From contig CM060733.1 in NCBI GenBank assembly GCA_030704615.1, positions 11,408,001 through 11,472,000 of the forward strand: a stretch of 64,000 nt of DNA, in the 5' to 3' direction. The translations under genes and the position numbers were made by a program. This DNA is from Takakia lepidozioides (Eukaryota; Plantae; Bryophyta). Below the pieces are notes generated by a model. The model had not been told where the DNA came from. It ran no database searches and saw only the letters and a program-made list of their open reading frames with translations. Below are positions 13,561 through 26,072 of the stretch, in pieces; positions within the stretch are counted from its first letter, which is position 1, and each line of letters starts with the position of its first letter.

Positions 13561-13618
13561 TAGCAGGGTTTGAATCCAGTATCACCTTAGTGCACTATCC
13601 AACTGAGCTACCCACTGG
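13561..13618 (-). other. tRNA-derived (SINE-head-like) remnant
   Basis: A-box TAGCTCAGTTGG and B-box-like GGATTCAAACCC with shortened spacing; no full cloverleaf. Confidence 0.4.
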
Positions 13619-14939
13619 TGGAAATTAAATGATATAAACCATGTGTGGAGGAATTGAAGGAAGGAAAATGTTGGGTTCAAATTCATCTTTCAATAAGTAA
13701 AAGTCACTTCTGGGTAGATGAGTGATTTGAATGAAAAGTTTGATAGATAAGTTCAATGCATTCTCCATGTTGGTTTTTTCAAGGTGGAGCCAAACAGTTA
13801 TTGAGAATGAAAGGGACATCTTCTGTCCCCCTTCCCTTGGGTGGTGTCCTTTGAGCCGTGTCACTGTTAGGTAGAGGTTATTTTCTCCTCTCACCATAAT
13901 CAAGGGGCCCGCCTGATTCATGAACGACGGTGGCTCCTGGCAGGTGTTCCCCTCTAAAAAATTAAAATATAAATAAAGAAAAAAGAAAGGGCCGACCAAG
14001 TACCATAAGTTCACCATGACTTGGCAACATTGCAGTGAACAAAGACCCCAATCACAAAATTACTGGGGGGTATTGGATGTTTATTACTGGATATTAGCCA
14101 GGTCTTCAAATGGGTCCATAAACAGTGGCACACTCCGGGTAGCAGTCAGCCTGAGCCCTGGTTAGTTCGTAGTTCATGGCACCCACCCAAGTCTGGTTGA
14201 GTTATTCATAGAAGTCATGGATATTGCAAGCAAGGGGAGGCCATTTGGGGCCATTTGCTTTGGTTATGAGAGGTAGTGAACATAATAGTTGTTGATAGTG
14301 TATATCAATCTCACTTGTACATACATATGAGGCATTGTTTGGGTTCCCCCTTATGTGAGAACCTTCAAAATCTCCATAACTACCAGTCACAAAAATTCCA
14401 TATATAACCTCCAGAACTTGTATCCACATAAGTAATAACTAACTTTAAGGGAAAAAATGATCAATGTTTGATGTTTGTGTATATTTGTGATCAATCTCTC
14501 TACCATATTACATAGTCACAGTGATTATAACCCTATTTTCCTAGATTGCCATGGTATGCTTTCACTTGGAATGTCTTACACTTATCATGGATTTCTCCCT
14601 CTCTGGCCCAAAACAAAATGTCCAAAATCCCAGGTTGACACAGTAGTTTATGCTTTCTTTCACTTGGAATTCAAATCTGTATAGTTGGACTTGTCTCAGT
14701 ACGTAATTGGATTCTTCTTTCTCAACAAGTCTCAGCATGAAAGAATTATGGCCGATTATGAGAATAGCCTCTCAAGAGGTTTCATGCTTTATCACAAATT
14801 GGGATTCTTTCAAATCTTAAGGTCTAGATTCGAATTCAGTGCACATGGCGGTCATATTCAAAACCGTTCTCATAAATTATGCGACATCCTAAATCCTTCT
14901 ATGGCTCAAGGAGACATTCGTTTATACAAAACTATCCCG

Positions 14940-15460
14940 TGGTATATCATGTCTCTTCACACAATTTCGAGTCTTCTCTCTAGAGACATGCGCCGTTGTC
15001 TCACATATTCGTCTTCACGATCACATTCATGCTTGTGTCCATAATCACCTACAGCAATGAGAAGCCGTGGATGGGTGAACAAGACATGAATCTCCTGGTC
15101 TATGGCATCATTATCATTGTGAAGAGGTGTGACGCTTTCTCACATTCGATTTGTCTCCACGGTCACATTCATGGGTGTGTTGGATTCCAATCCGAACTTA
15201 GGAAGATGAATCGAATCATAATCGAATCATAATCGAATGTGAGAAAGCACGACACCACTGTCCAGAAAGAATGACATAGACCAGGGACACTCATGTATTG
15301 TTTATCCATCAGCGTTGTTATATGGGCTTCCCATTATAATGTTGGTGATTACGAACACACACAGATGAATGTGACCGTGACTGTGGAGACAAATCGAATG
15401 TGAAACCTCTTCAAGTAAGAATATGACGTTATAGACCGGGCTACTCATATCTTGTCTATT
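14940..15460. repeat. Imperfect foldback (long inverted repeat with internal tandem units)
   Basis: 15070-15152 is the reverse complement of 15230-15310, and 15000-15065 is the reverse complement of 15335-15403. Confidence 0.75.
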
Positions 15461-18329
15461 CTCACAATCAAAATACCCATCATCACGGTCACACTCACGA
15501 AATAAAGAACTGACTATGCTAAAAAATGTGATATAAGAATAAACGAATGTCTTCTCTTAAGCTTCACCTATCAAGTTTACATGGCCTTTGTCAGCTTCTG
15601 GAAATTTGAGGTCGTCGCCCAATTCGGTGTGCAACCACTAGAGAAAAATTAGGAGCTGTGTGGAAACTCCCCAATTGATGTGAATGATGAGGATCACTCT
15701 GGATGGTATCGACGCTTTCATTCTGACCTGATAAAAGGAGTACTTGGCAGCCATTGTCCAGTTTGAGAATGGAAGTGTTCAACCTGGAGAAGCTGAAGCA
15801 TCACATCAATTCGTGTAGCTAATTTGGAAGGATATATGTATACCCTGGAAGAATCTATTCTATATGTAACATCTGAGCTATGTAGCTCATATTCCACAGA
15901 AAGCAACTTCCAACATGTAAAAACTAGGTATATTGTCGATTTTCCCTGAGCCATCTTTGCCCCTTACACAAGTTCTTGGTAGCTTATGATTATGTATTGC
16001 AACAATGTGCACAGGCTCTAGAAAATACCTGCGTGCTGTGGCCAAGAAATTGTCCACCACTAGGCGTTTAAACCACTCCCCTACCACTCCCCACAAAATC
16101 AGAACCAACTGGCAATTGCACTTGAAATGTGAGTATATGCACTCATATTGCAAGTTCCACATGTTTCCAAGGAATCAAACTACCTACTACACTAGGGTGC
16201 AGATTATCTGAAACAGAAGAGGCTTCCCGTCTTACCGGCATTAATATAATAATGGCATGAAAGAGCAAACTTATCTTGACAGTGAGTCTTCAGTGGGCTT
16301 AGGTGGTGAGGTGCGGCTAGTTGAAGCTACCGCTGTCCATCCTGGGGGAAAACCACTGGACTCCATATCATATACCAATGTCTACGTGGAGTGGGGAAGT
16401 GATAGGAGGGAGGCTAAGCGTCTGAGAGGTAAGTGATTGTCTAGGAACATCATAAAGCTTGGTAAATTGAACTCAACTATGTTCTTCTTGAACTTGAAAT
16501 GCCATGCATGTGATTGAACTCAAAAGCTAAGAAGATGAGAGTACTTTCTCTTGCAATCAGCATTTATCTCTATAATATCTAAAGGTTGCAAGAGAGAATG
16601 GTCTAGTCTTCTTGGCTTTTTAGGTTTTATGCATGGACACATTGCTGAACCCTAAATTCAAGCTAAGAAGATGAGAGTACTCTCTCCTACAACATGTCTC
16701 TTGAGATTGTAGGAGAGAGTTACTCTGGGGTACTCCCTGATGTCCTTTTTGTAGGGTTTAGGCATGAACACCTCAACTACCTGAAGTCCTGCAGTTCCTC
16801 GAGGTCGTAAACACTCCTGAAGGGACTTCCTTGAGAAATGAAGCAGGCCTACATAGAATGAAGTAGTTAATTCTAATAGGTAGACTCATGAAATCGACAT
16901 GAAGTATGGGACAACTTCCAAAAATGAACACTTACTCAGAGATCTGGTGAAGTTAATCCGCAAATCAGTGTGAGCACCATTGTCCCCACCGGCCTGAGCT
17001 GTTGAGCGTGAGTTGAGCTATACGCCTCCGCCCTCCTGCACATCCAGCATGAAACAATTACTACTACAGCCTTCAGTGAACTTGACCACTGTTTGCATAC
17101 GAGTAAGGGCCTCTCCTCCTCCTTTTACTAGGGGCCGGAAGCTTATGATTACTGGTCTATGGATTCCGGTTTGGAGGAGAAACAAACTCCTCCTTGACCA
17201 ATCCATGGACTACTACTTAGGCAGTCTAGGGGAAGGGCAGCTGATGAGGCCCTTCCACAGTTTACAATCGCATGAACAAGGGCAGCTCACGACCTTACTT
17301 CCCATCTGAGAAGGTAACGATTTTGACAAAGGGAATGCACTACAGTTGGCCGGCCCCATACAGCCCGGCCAGCTCCAAGGGAACGCTCTCAACTGGGAAA
17401 ACAGGTCCATTCCGTCCAACAGGACAAGGCCGTCTTGTTGGGTGGACCACATCCGCATAGTAACAACTAGTAAGCCACAAAGGAAATTCACAACAGGTAT
17501 AAAAATCTATTTACTCCGGCCACTGACAGCCCTCAGATGGTGATGGCGACATGTGAATCGTGGCCGTCTATCCCTCTACGTAGAGTACACCACAAAAACG
17601 TAGCCCATCTTCCAATATTCTTTCCTTTTTTGTCTTAAATTTGGGAAAACCCAAATTTAAGGGGAAAAATTAAAACCCCAACAATCCATAAGGCCGGACA
17701 CACCATGTCCCAGGTACACAAGGAAACACCGACAGGAACCACTGGCAGAGGCTAATAATAATAATATTTCGATGTAAGCGAAAATATTATTCTATGGCCG
17801 GGCCCATCTCCTTCCAATTATGAGAATGTGATGTGATCATCAGGTGTGTGGATCGATTCTTGTCAGACAGCATCCTCCACCGGCCAAGTAGCTTAAAAAA
17901 TGATAAGTTTGTCTATCCGTCAACTCCTCAACTTCTAGTAGCTCCTTCGCTCACAAGGGGCCTGTAAAACGTTCCCTCATGGAGCAGAAATCAAAGATTT
18001 TACCCTGTCCCTCTATACACCTGTATGGGAAGATTTGGTGTATGTGGAAAAAATTGTGGTATTCATACATCTCCAAAGGAGCAAATGATTCCCAACAGTA
18101 AAAACTTCACAATATCCTACTCCGCCTTCGAGAGGTAAACTTTGAGTTGTGGGAAAATCAATTTTATTCACACTTATATTAATTTCACATAGTTGATCGA
18201 AGGGATTTCATATTTGTGGCATCCTGGAGAACCGTGTCTCCATGTTTAGGTTCCTGACACACCTTGCAAGCACTGCCTATTTTCGTTGTTGTAGAGTCGA
18301 GTTAATGAGAGCGTAGGTGACCAATGCAG

Positions 18330-18497
18330 GTCAAAGATGTCTTGTTTGAGCCAGTACGTAAGACACAGGATGCGATGCATTTCAAAAAAATGACCACTCC
18401 AGAGGGTGAGGAAATGTGGATGCCTTGTGGGCCTCGTCAACCTGGCGCTATCCAGACCACCATGGTGGAACTTGCCTCCAAAGGACTAGCAGCCAAG
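18330..18497 (+). pseudogene. VPS4: Orphan exon of VPS4/SKD1 AAA ATPase
   Basis: 168-nt AG/GT-bounded exon reading VKDVLFEPVRKTQDAMHF...WMPCGPRQPGAIQTTMVELASKGLAAK. No other VPS4 exons were recognised. Confidence 0.85.
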
Positions 18498-18644
18498 GTG
18501 ATGTATCCTTCCGTAGCAAGACAGGAAGAGAGGGAGGGAGGGAGGGAGTTTTATCATCCTTTATGTGTCACATCATATTTTTTTAGTAAGTTTAATCTGG
18601 GGTCTTGCCCCTTTTCTCTCAAGAAAAACAGGGAGAAAGGATAC

Positions 18645-21070
18645 AGATCGAGGACAATGTGGTGAGGCACCTTCTGATTCGACCTATTTCAGCCTCTTTT
18701 GCCCTCTCATGAGACTCAGCCCTGAAATTGCATATTGAATTTTGTAAGTTAGCTCTTTGGGGGGATTCGTGGTGGTTTGGAGTGACTTTGCAGGTACTGC
18801 CGATGTGGCAGCAGGAAAGTACCCAAAAACAGATAACGGAGATGAAGATAAGCTTTGGAATGAACACTTTTCTGACATGCAATTCAGAGTTGGAACTACT
18901 GTAATAAGTAGGGTTGGGGTGTTTACTGAAAGAACTTCACGCCGTGAGTGTCAGCTGCTAACAGCAAGGCTGAGGATGTATTCATGATTTGTACACAGGC
19001 AGGGATAGCTGAAGACCAGGGATAGAGGTCCAGATTCATCCAAGAGGGCCGGATTTCACACACAAGATTATGTCTGATTCCTTGTGGATCAATAGCTACA
19101 AGAAATATGCCTGGGTAGATGGTCAACTGGAAACAGCAGCGGCAGCAACGGTTGTAGAGCAAGGACTACTGATAAAGGTACCTTCTTCAACACATTTGTG
19201 GTGAGGGCACCTTCTTCTTCGACCTATTTCAACCTGTTTTTCCCTCTCATCAGACTCATTAGCTCATTGGGATGATTTGTGGTGGTTTGGAGTGACTTTG
19301 CAAGTTATTGCCGAGGTGGCAGCAGGAAAGTACACAAAAACAGATAACAGATTGTACTCCTAAGACGTTGTTTGCCGTAGCCTTGTGGCCATTGGACCCG
19401 CGCACAGTTTGAGCGGGAACAAAAGGGACAGAACCTACCTCTGTCAGGGGCTGCTGTGTGTGATTTGCCCAAAAACTAGGCCTCAGGAGGGCCTGGGCTT
19501 TTGGCTCAGCCTCAAGACTTTCAAAGTTGGTAAACAGGGGTACAGGCACAATTCCCTTGATAGATTTGAAGAGAGCGTCTCTTTGGTGAGAGAACCCCGG
19601 ACAATGTATCAGATGAATATTGTCTTCAGATTGCCCACGCAATAGGAAGTGCACTCCCCATTTCCTCTCTGCTTCTGTTTGCTGTTCAAAGGTAGGCTTC
19701 ATTCCCTGAGTTTAAATTTCAGTCTAGTGCCGAGAGTGGGTGGACCCTTGAGGTCATCCAAGATGTCCTCCCCTATGTCACTGACTAGAAACAAGTTCAC
19801 GGAAGTTTTCTGCCTAACTTCATTTTCATCAGACAATCTCATGGCAACAAACATGGCTTTGGACACTACAGCCTCTAAGTCGGATTTATCCAGCAGGGTC
19901 AAGACTTGCGGGTCCAGGTCCTTGAGAATCTCTTCTACTCTGGTGTTGGGAAAACACCTTTTGATCTCAGTCCAAACCAGGAAGTGGTCAGAGGTACCAA
20001 TATCAGTTCTGTCGATCAACACATTGGCACACTGGGGGAACAAAATTTTGTCCATTATGATATAGTCCACAATGGAATGTTCCCCAGTTTGGGATTTCTC
20101 ACGAGTCCACTACACTTGGTCACCTCTTGTCCTGTTATTCAAGGTCAAAAGCTGAAGCTCTTCCAGACAGTTAATTAACCGTCTGCCATTAGAATTCAGC
20201 TCGTCCTCACTAGAAGACCCAATGATATCGTCCTGATGGAGCCCTTTGCCCACTTGGGCATTGAAGTCACCCTGCAATAGCACCACAGAGATGAAGAGAA
20301 GCTTTGGAATGAGACACTTTTGTGACCCCAGTCAATGGTGGGACAATGTGGGTGGATGGTCAACTGGAAACAGCAGCGGCAGCAGCGCAATTGATAGAGC
20401 AAGGCACTGCTGATGAAGGTACCTTCTTCAACATATTTCAGCCTGAGGGCACCTTCTGGTTTGACCTGTTTCAGCCTGTTTTTCCCTCTCATCAGACTCA
20501 GCCCTGAAGCATATGTATTGAATTCTGTAAGTTAGCTCGTTGGGTGGATCTGCGGTGCTTTGGAGTGACTTTGCAAATTACTGCCGAGGTGGCAGCATGA
20601 CAGTACCTAAAAAAAGATAACAGAGATGGAGAGAAGCTTTCAAGGAATGAATACTTTTCTGACCCCGGTCAGTGGTGGGACAATGTGAGTAGATGGTCAA
20701 CTGGAAATAGCAGCGGCAACAGCGCAATTGATAGAACAAGGGACTGCTAATGAAGGTACCTTCTTCAACACATTTCAGCCTATTTTTCCCTGTTATCAGT
20801 GTCGTCCCTAAATTTCCAGATGGCCGGATTCCAAGCTTCAGATTACCTATGATTGGAAGGATAGCTACAAGAAACCTGCATGGGTAGATGGTCAACTGGA
20901 AGCCACTGTAGCAGCTGCAGAGGCCATGATGTACGCATTGTTAGGGTGGAGGGAGGGGTAGCTGTTGATGCAAGGAGAGGATCGTGGGTGCAAAATCATC
21001 CAAGAGGGCCAGATTTGGAGCAAGGAACAGCGCTGGCAGGAGTTCTATAAAATATGATCCACAGCGGTTG
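18645..21070 (+). repeat. Scrambled tandem copies of a gene fragment encoding an OSB-type PDF ssDNA-binding motif
   Basis: Repeated pieces EKLWNEYFSDPxQWWD, HPRGPDF and SYKKPAWVDGQLE; at least 3-4 partial units with stops and frameshifts. Confidence 0.75.
19352..20284 (-). mobile_element. Internally deleted LINE with ACAGA target-site duplication
   Basis: APE C-terminal motif DYII...SDHFLVW and C-terminal EDxxHLxHCP motif are present; no RT is seen. ACAGA at 19347-19351 and 20285-20289 splits one PDF unit. Confidence 0.75.
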
Positions 21071-21407
21071 GACAATATTGTCAACAAGGTGAGCTTTCTT
21101 CATGCAACATCGTAGGGAGTTTGACAAAACTTTGTATTTAAATATGTTAGTGTGGAGGGAGGGCTACCAGCAGTGGAAGTAGCAGCACTTGGTCAATAGC
21201 AGCAGCAAGAATTAGCAGCGTCAAACTCATCAATCAGGTACTTGCTTCTGTACACATTTCATCCCCTTATCAACGTAGTCCCTACTTGGACAGCCTATAG
21301 CGCTGTATAAAACAGGACTTTGGAACCTTCCAACCCGGGTGCTTTGTTATTGGTCTATCAAGGTCTGATTTGAAATGTTTTCATTGCATTTTGCAGGTGA
21401 ACTCATC

Positions 21408-24400
21408 ATGGAAGAAGAGTTGGAAGTAAAAGTCCTGCTCGTTGGAGGAGATGCATCACCAAACAGGCTTGGTTCTGTGTTCACTATGCAAGTTGTCACA
21501 TCCAAATGCATCCGAGCATAAATTCTAGATGATGAGCTTGTCTCAGGAAAATTTCATTTCATTTCCATGGGGGGTTGTGTCCTTTCAACCAAGCAGGAAG
21601 AGAGGATGGTTCTGAAAGGGGATACTGTACACATTAAGATTTCAGACCAAAATGATGGGGACCAAGGATTGAAAAGACCTCTATCTTCCAGTGGTTCTAC
21701 GATCTTGCATAAGGACAGACCAGGCGAGGACCCGGCACCAGTGTCTAAAAAGATGAGGATGGACCCTGATACACCATTTGCTGGCGATGGTGGAAATGAA
21801 GACCATGCACATGAGCATGCACTTCAGCAGAGATCTGGTAGATTGTGCAGCACGTTAGCTACATCCAGCGATATTCAAAAATGGCAGAAAGAGATTAGAG
21901 CCGTTGAAAGGAAAATCTCTGCAGAAGGACGATGTGACAAGTTTGAGCTCATGACAAAGGATCAACAAGGACAAGCAATGTTCCACATATGGTGTGTTGA
22001 GTGTGAGGATGTTAATGCAAGGTCTGGGAAAAACAAACCATATGATGCATGTGCAAACTTTATGAGATCTCATTTGAGGGGCATCGCATAGCCTATGAGA
22101 GGCGTCATGGGAAGGGTTCATCACAATGTGTCATCAGCCCTGTAAATGCAGATGAAGCATTAGATGCAAAGAAGAACAGGGTGAAGGAGGCATTAGAGGA
22201 AGTCGCTCGGTTTTGTGAGGACAATCTTGGAAACAGATTTGAGATTGTGGAAGCCACAATTGGAGACTATTCGCAGTTGGGTTCCATAAGGATTAAGTGC
22301 GCACTTGATTCGAAGTGGCTACTCTTGTTTCCAAGGACAGGTTCTTTGCAATCTTCTTTGACAGAGCATGTGAAAGGAAAAACTCATGTGGATGCAAAGG
22401 TTTGCCAGAAGGTTGGAAGTAGTGAAGGACTGTGCAAAAAAAGAGGAAGGCCTCCAAAGCCTATGATTGCCAAAGATGTAAAGCAACGGGATCTAAGCTC
22501 TTTCTTGGTCAGTCAACCTGTGTCGCCGTCCCCACCACTTGACAATCCAATTGTGGCATCAACAATGGGAGCATCCTCGTCACAAACTCCATACACTTGT
22601 GTTGACGCTGCCCAACGGGCAGATCTGATTGAGGATTGACAATTACAGCGAAGGTCCCAATGCAACAAAGGAAGAGATCGTTTGTGTTGGGGCCTATGGG
22701 ATGAATGGTGGGAGTACAACCACAAGAGAATAAGTCTGAAACCATTCCTTCAAGATAGCAAGGGAGGAAAGAAGTGGTATGTCGAGCCGTTGACACATGC
22801 AACCATCACTCTAAACAATCAAGAGCATAAGGTTGTTGGTACGTTTCGGCACGCGGATTGTTTTAGAGTGTCATTGGATGGGGAGCCATTTCCAAACTTG
22901 AGGTGTTCACCATGTTCTTCCATTCCCTTGGAAAATGACTTCAGAATGAGGGTATATAGAGAGAGAGGTGCCATGGAATGTAGAGGGGAGAGAGATACTG
23001 GCAAGGGAAGAAGGTTGTCATATCTTGGAAATGCCGAGATTGTCAAACAAGTTTACAAAAACAGACAGGAGTTGAGGCAGTGACATCCTTGTCTGTGCGA
23101 TGTAGGAGTTTGAAGGAGTCTGGGATTGAGGCAATTGAAAGCGGAGATGTTCTCAAATTTTGTCGTGATATTGTTGATGCACATAGGAGGAGGGATTTTG
23201 AAGGAAAAGAAAGTTTGTGGGATTTTCTTGTTGATATGGGCAAGAATATTGACAGGTCTCCACAAGGGAAGAGGTATGGTACTAGCACAAAAACAATGTT
23301 TGAGACTGTGCAGCTTTGGGGGGGGTCCGAGATTGCATCATTTTTTGGCTTCAAATGTGGGGGGTCCTTCTATTGATACTACAAGACAGTCTTTGAGGAA
23401 AGGTTTGAAGTATAGAGCGGGAGAAATGGATGATATATTTCAGCATGTGGCTGGAATTTACAGAGATGTGATGGAAGATACAAATATTCCAATGGGAAGC
23501 ATCCCAGTGATGGTGGCCGAAGATGAAACTGTTGTGAAGCGATTGGTACGTTGGATTGCTAGGGATGACACCCTTCTCGGGTTCTGTGGGCTTCAAGACA
23601 ACCATGTATGTATTTCAAATTTTGTGGTGCAAGTGGGAGAAGGGGAATCAGGGTACGAACATATTGTGGAGGCATTCAAAAACAATGTGGTTGCCCATTA
23701 TGCCAGAGTGTTCATAGCAAATCCTCTACATGTACGGTTACCTCGATTGGTATTGGTAATCCAGCTCACTTGCAATAGATTTGACAACAATTTTGTGAGA
23801 TCACAATGGGAAGTGGTGAGACAGTTGTGGGACAAATATGTGAGGGACGTGGTTGGGCCTATAATTGGGCATGCTTCAGACGGAGATAGTAGGAGAAGAA
23901 AAGTGATGTTAGAAGATTATGCCAATGGGGCTGGAAGTAGATTTTGCATCCCTTGGGAAGGATGGTTGTTTACAGGTTGAGTGTGCAACGGGGGAGATAT
24001 ATACGGACTCCATGATCATGACTTCATCCACAATGGGAAAAAATTGATAAATCCTTTGGACAGTGCATCACGGACTTTGGTGTTGGGTGATGAGGTTGCT
24101 ACATTGAATCATGTGTTATTGGTCTACCATTCATTTTCAGTGGACAAGCATGGACTTCGGGAATGTGATATCAAAAGAGAAGATCGACAGAATTGGGCAG
24201 CAACTCAACGACTGACATCTCGGAAGGTGCAAGCTTGTTTGAGGGAGTTACAATCAACTGTGAATCATCGAAGGGAGAGGACCAAAGGTACTGAAATTTA
24301 CCTATACATCATTTCATGCTACATCGACTTTTTTTGTCTCCTCACATGTCATTGTGTGAGAGGGTACAATCTGCTGCGAAAGTATCGTTTTTTTTCAGAT

Positions 24401-25788
24401 TGTGGAAGTTGTGGCTATTCCACCACGAGGTGTATAATCTGAAATCCTTCTTCATTAGCAGGGAAGCATACTTGGATTTACAAATTTCATGCCACTACGT
24501 GGTTCTACTTATCAAATTGTTCAAGGATAAGTTTAATCATGTGCAAGTTCCTTTGAGCCTTGTTGGTTCAGATGTGTATGAAATATTCTTCAGCAAAGTG
24601 GGAGGTATGTTACGGAATGAGAGGACATATGACGGGTGTGATTTGATTGAGAGTGCGGGAGCATTAACACGCATATCCGAGTTCGAGGTGAATCCAAAAG
24701 GACCCAAGTTCTCAAGAGCTCACAAGAAACAAGAACACATTTGGTTTTCTTTGGAGAAGAAGCCAGGTATCCCCCTTGCTGATTTGTCCGACTTTTCTAC
24801 TGTCCAATCGGATGATTGCATTGTGGAGGCTTTGAAAACTGGATTTCTAGAAGCGCAACTTTTATGCCATAAACTTGGGATGAAACCAAACAAAGCGACA
24901 AACTTGGATTGGTGGAATGAGCCATGGACAATTGAGAGACAAATGGAGGCCGAGCTATTCAAAAGCATGGAAGATGAGGGTAATGATGTCGATGCCATAG
25001 ATTCTATTTGTCCTCTTAATGCAGACACACATATTCAAAATGAGGTTGTGGAAGATGAATTGGTGTGCGGGCCTTCGAATTCAATAGAGGATGTTTTGAG
25101 CCAACCTTTGGATGATCATGCGGAAGAGGTACTTGTTCAAAGTGAATTGAGACATACTCTGGATGCTGTCATTGATGACTTTGAACAAGAGAAAGATGGA
25201 TCGAAGGCGGTGGTTCCATTTGTCAAAGTAGACAGGAAGACCATATTCAAAAGCACTTTGGTTAGCCAACTCAATGACAACCCTACTCTATCCAAAGATA
25301 GATTGACACAAGTAAGAAGTGCATCGATGTTGTTTTGCCGAGAAAACAAACCAACTACCAGCAACAAAGCCACGAGCTTGGGATTGGGTTCGGATTGTGC
25401 TGTATTTTTTGTTGATGAGGAGACTACGATCCAAACTACAAACAGGAAAGGCAGACCAGGGAGAACCTGCAGAGGAGCAACCAAAGGCACTTGGTATTTG
25501 GGCACGGTTCAAAGAATGCGGAAGAAAATCAATAAGCGGTTTGTAGAATGTAGGGATTCTGTTGATTTATTGGAGCGTCCTTCTCATATGGAGATTGGGT
25601 TAGCATGGTACCAAAAAATTCGAGGAGGGGTCTATACGTACGATTTGACGGATAACATGATGGTTGATTTGGATTCCATTATCGCGTTAGCATGTTTAAA
25701 GTACAATATCAAGTCAAACACATATGTACTTGATGCAAATGACCGAAAAGTCTTTGACAACTTTATCAAAGGCAAAAAAAAAATTTAA
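21408..25788 (+). mobile_element. Disrupted DDE transposase, P-superfamily-like, with N-terminal zinc-finger-like motifs and an AT-hook
   Basis: Colinear broken ORFs carry AEDET, HASDGDSRRR, DFIHNGKKLIN, DRQN and GSDVYEIFFSKVG, plus KKRGRPPK. A possible right terminus lies near 26072. Confidence 0.65.
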
Positions 25789-26072
25789 TTAATTTGTTAG
25801 ATTTTATTATGTTTTAAATGAATAAATTCGATATAATATAAAAACATACATATACATATTGGAGGGTTATTTTTAATGATGGAAAATGAGAATATACATA
25901 CAGAAGGGGGTACTTTTTAAAATTTGTAAATTTTTGTATATTTACAGGAGGGGGTTTTATAATCTTCAAAAAGTATGTACAGAGGGGGTATAAAATATCC
26001 AAGGACCCGTATACAGGGGGTTTTTTTTATTAGGCGACGAACGCACGTGATACGCATAGTTTATAAAGAGTG

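Noticed and set aside
13561-13618. Functional tRNA gene
   Set aside because: The anticodon arm is missing and there is no acceptor stem; kept only as a SINE-like remnant.
17900-18200. Possible PIF1/Helitron helicase remnant (…NDSQQ.KLHNILLRLRE)
   Set aside because: Too degenerate to support without an HMM search.
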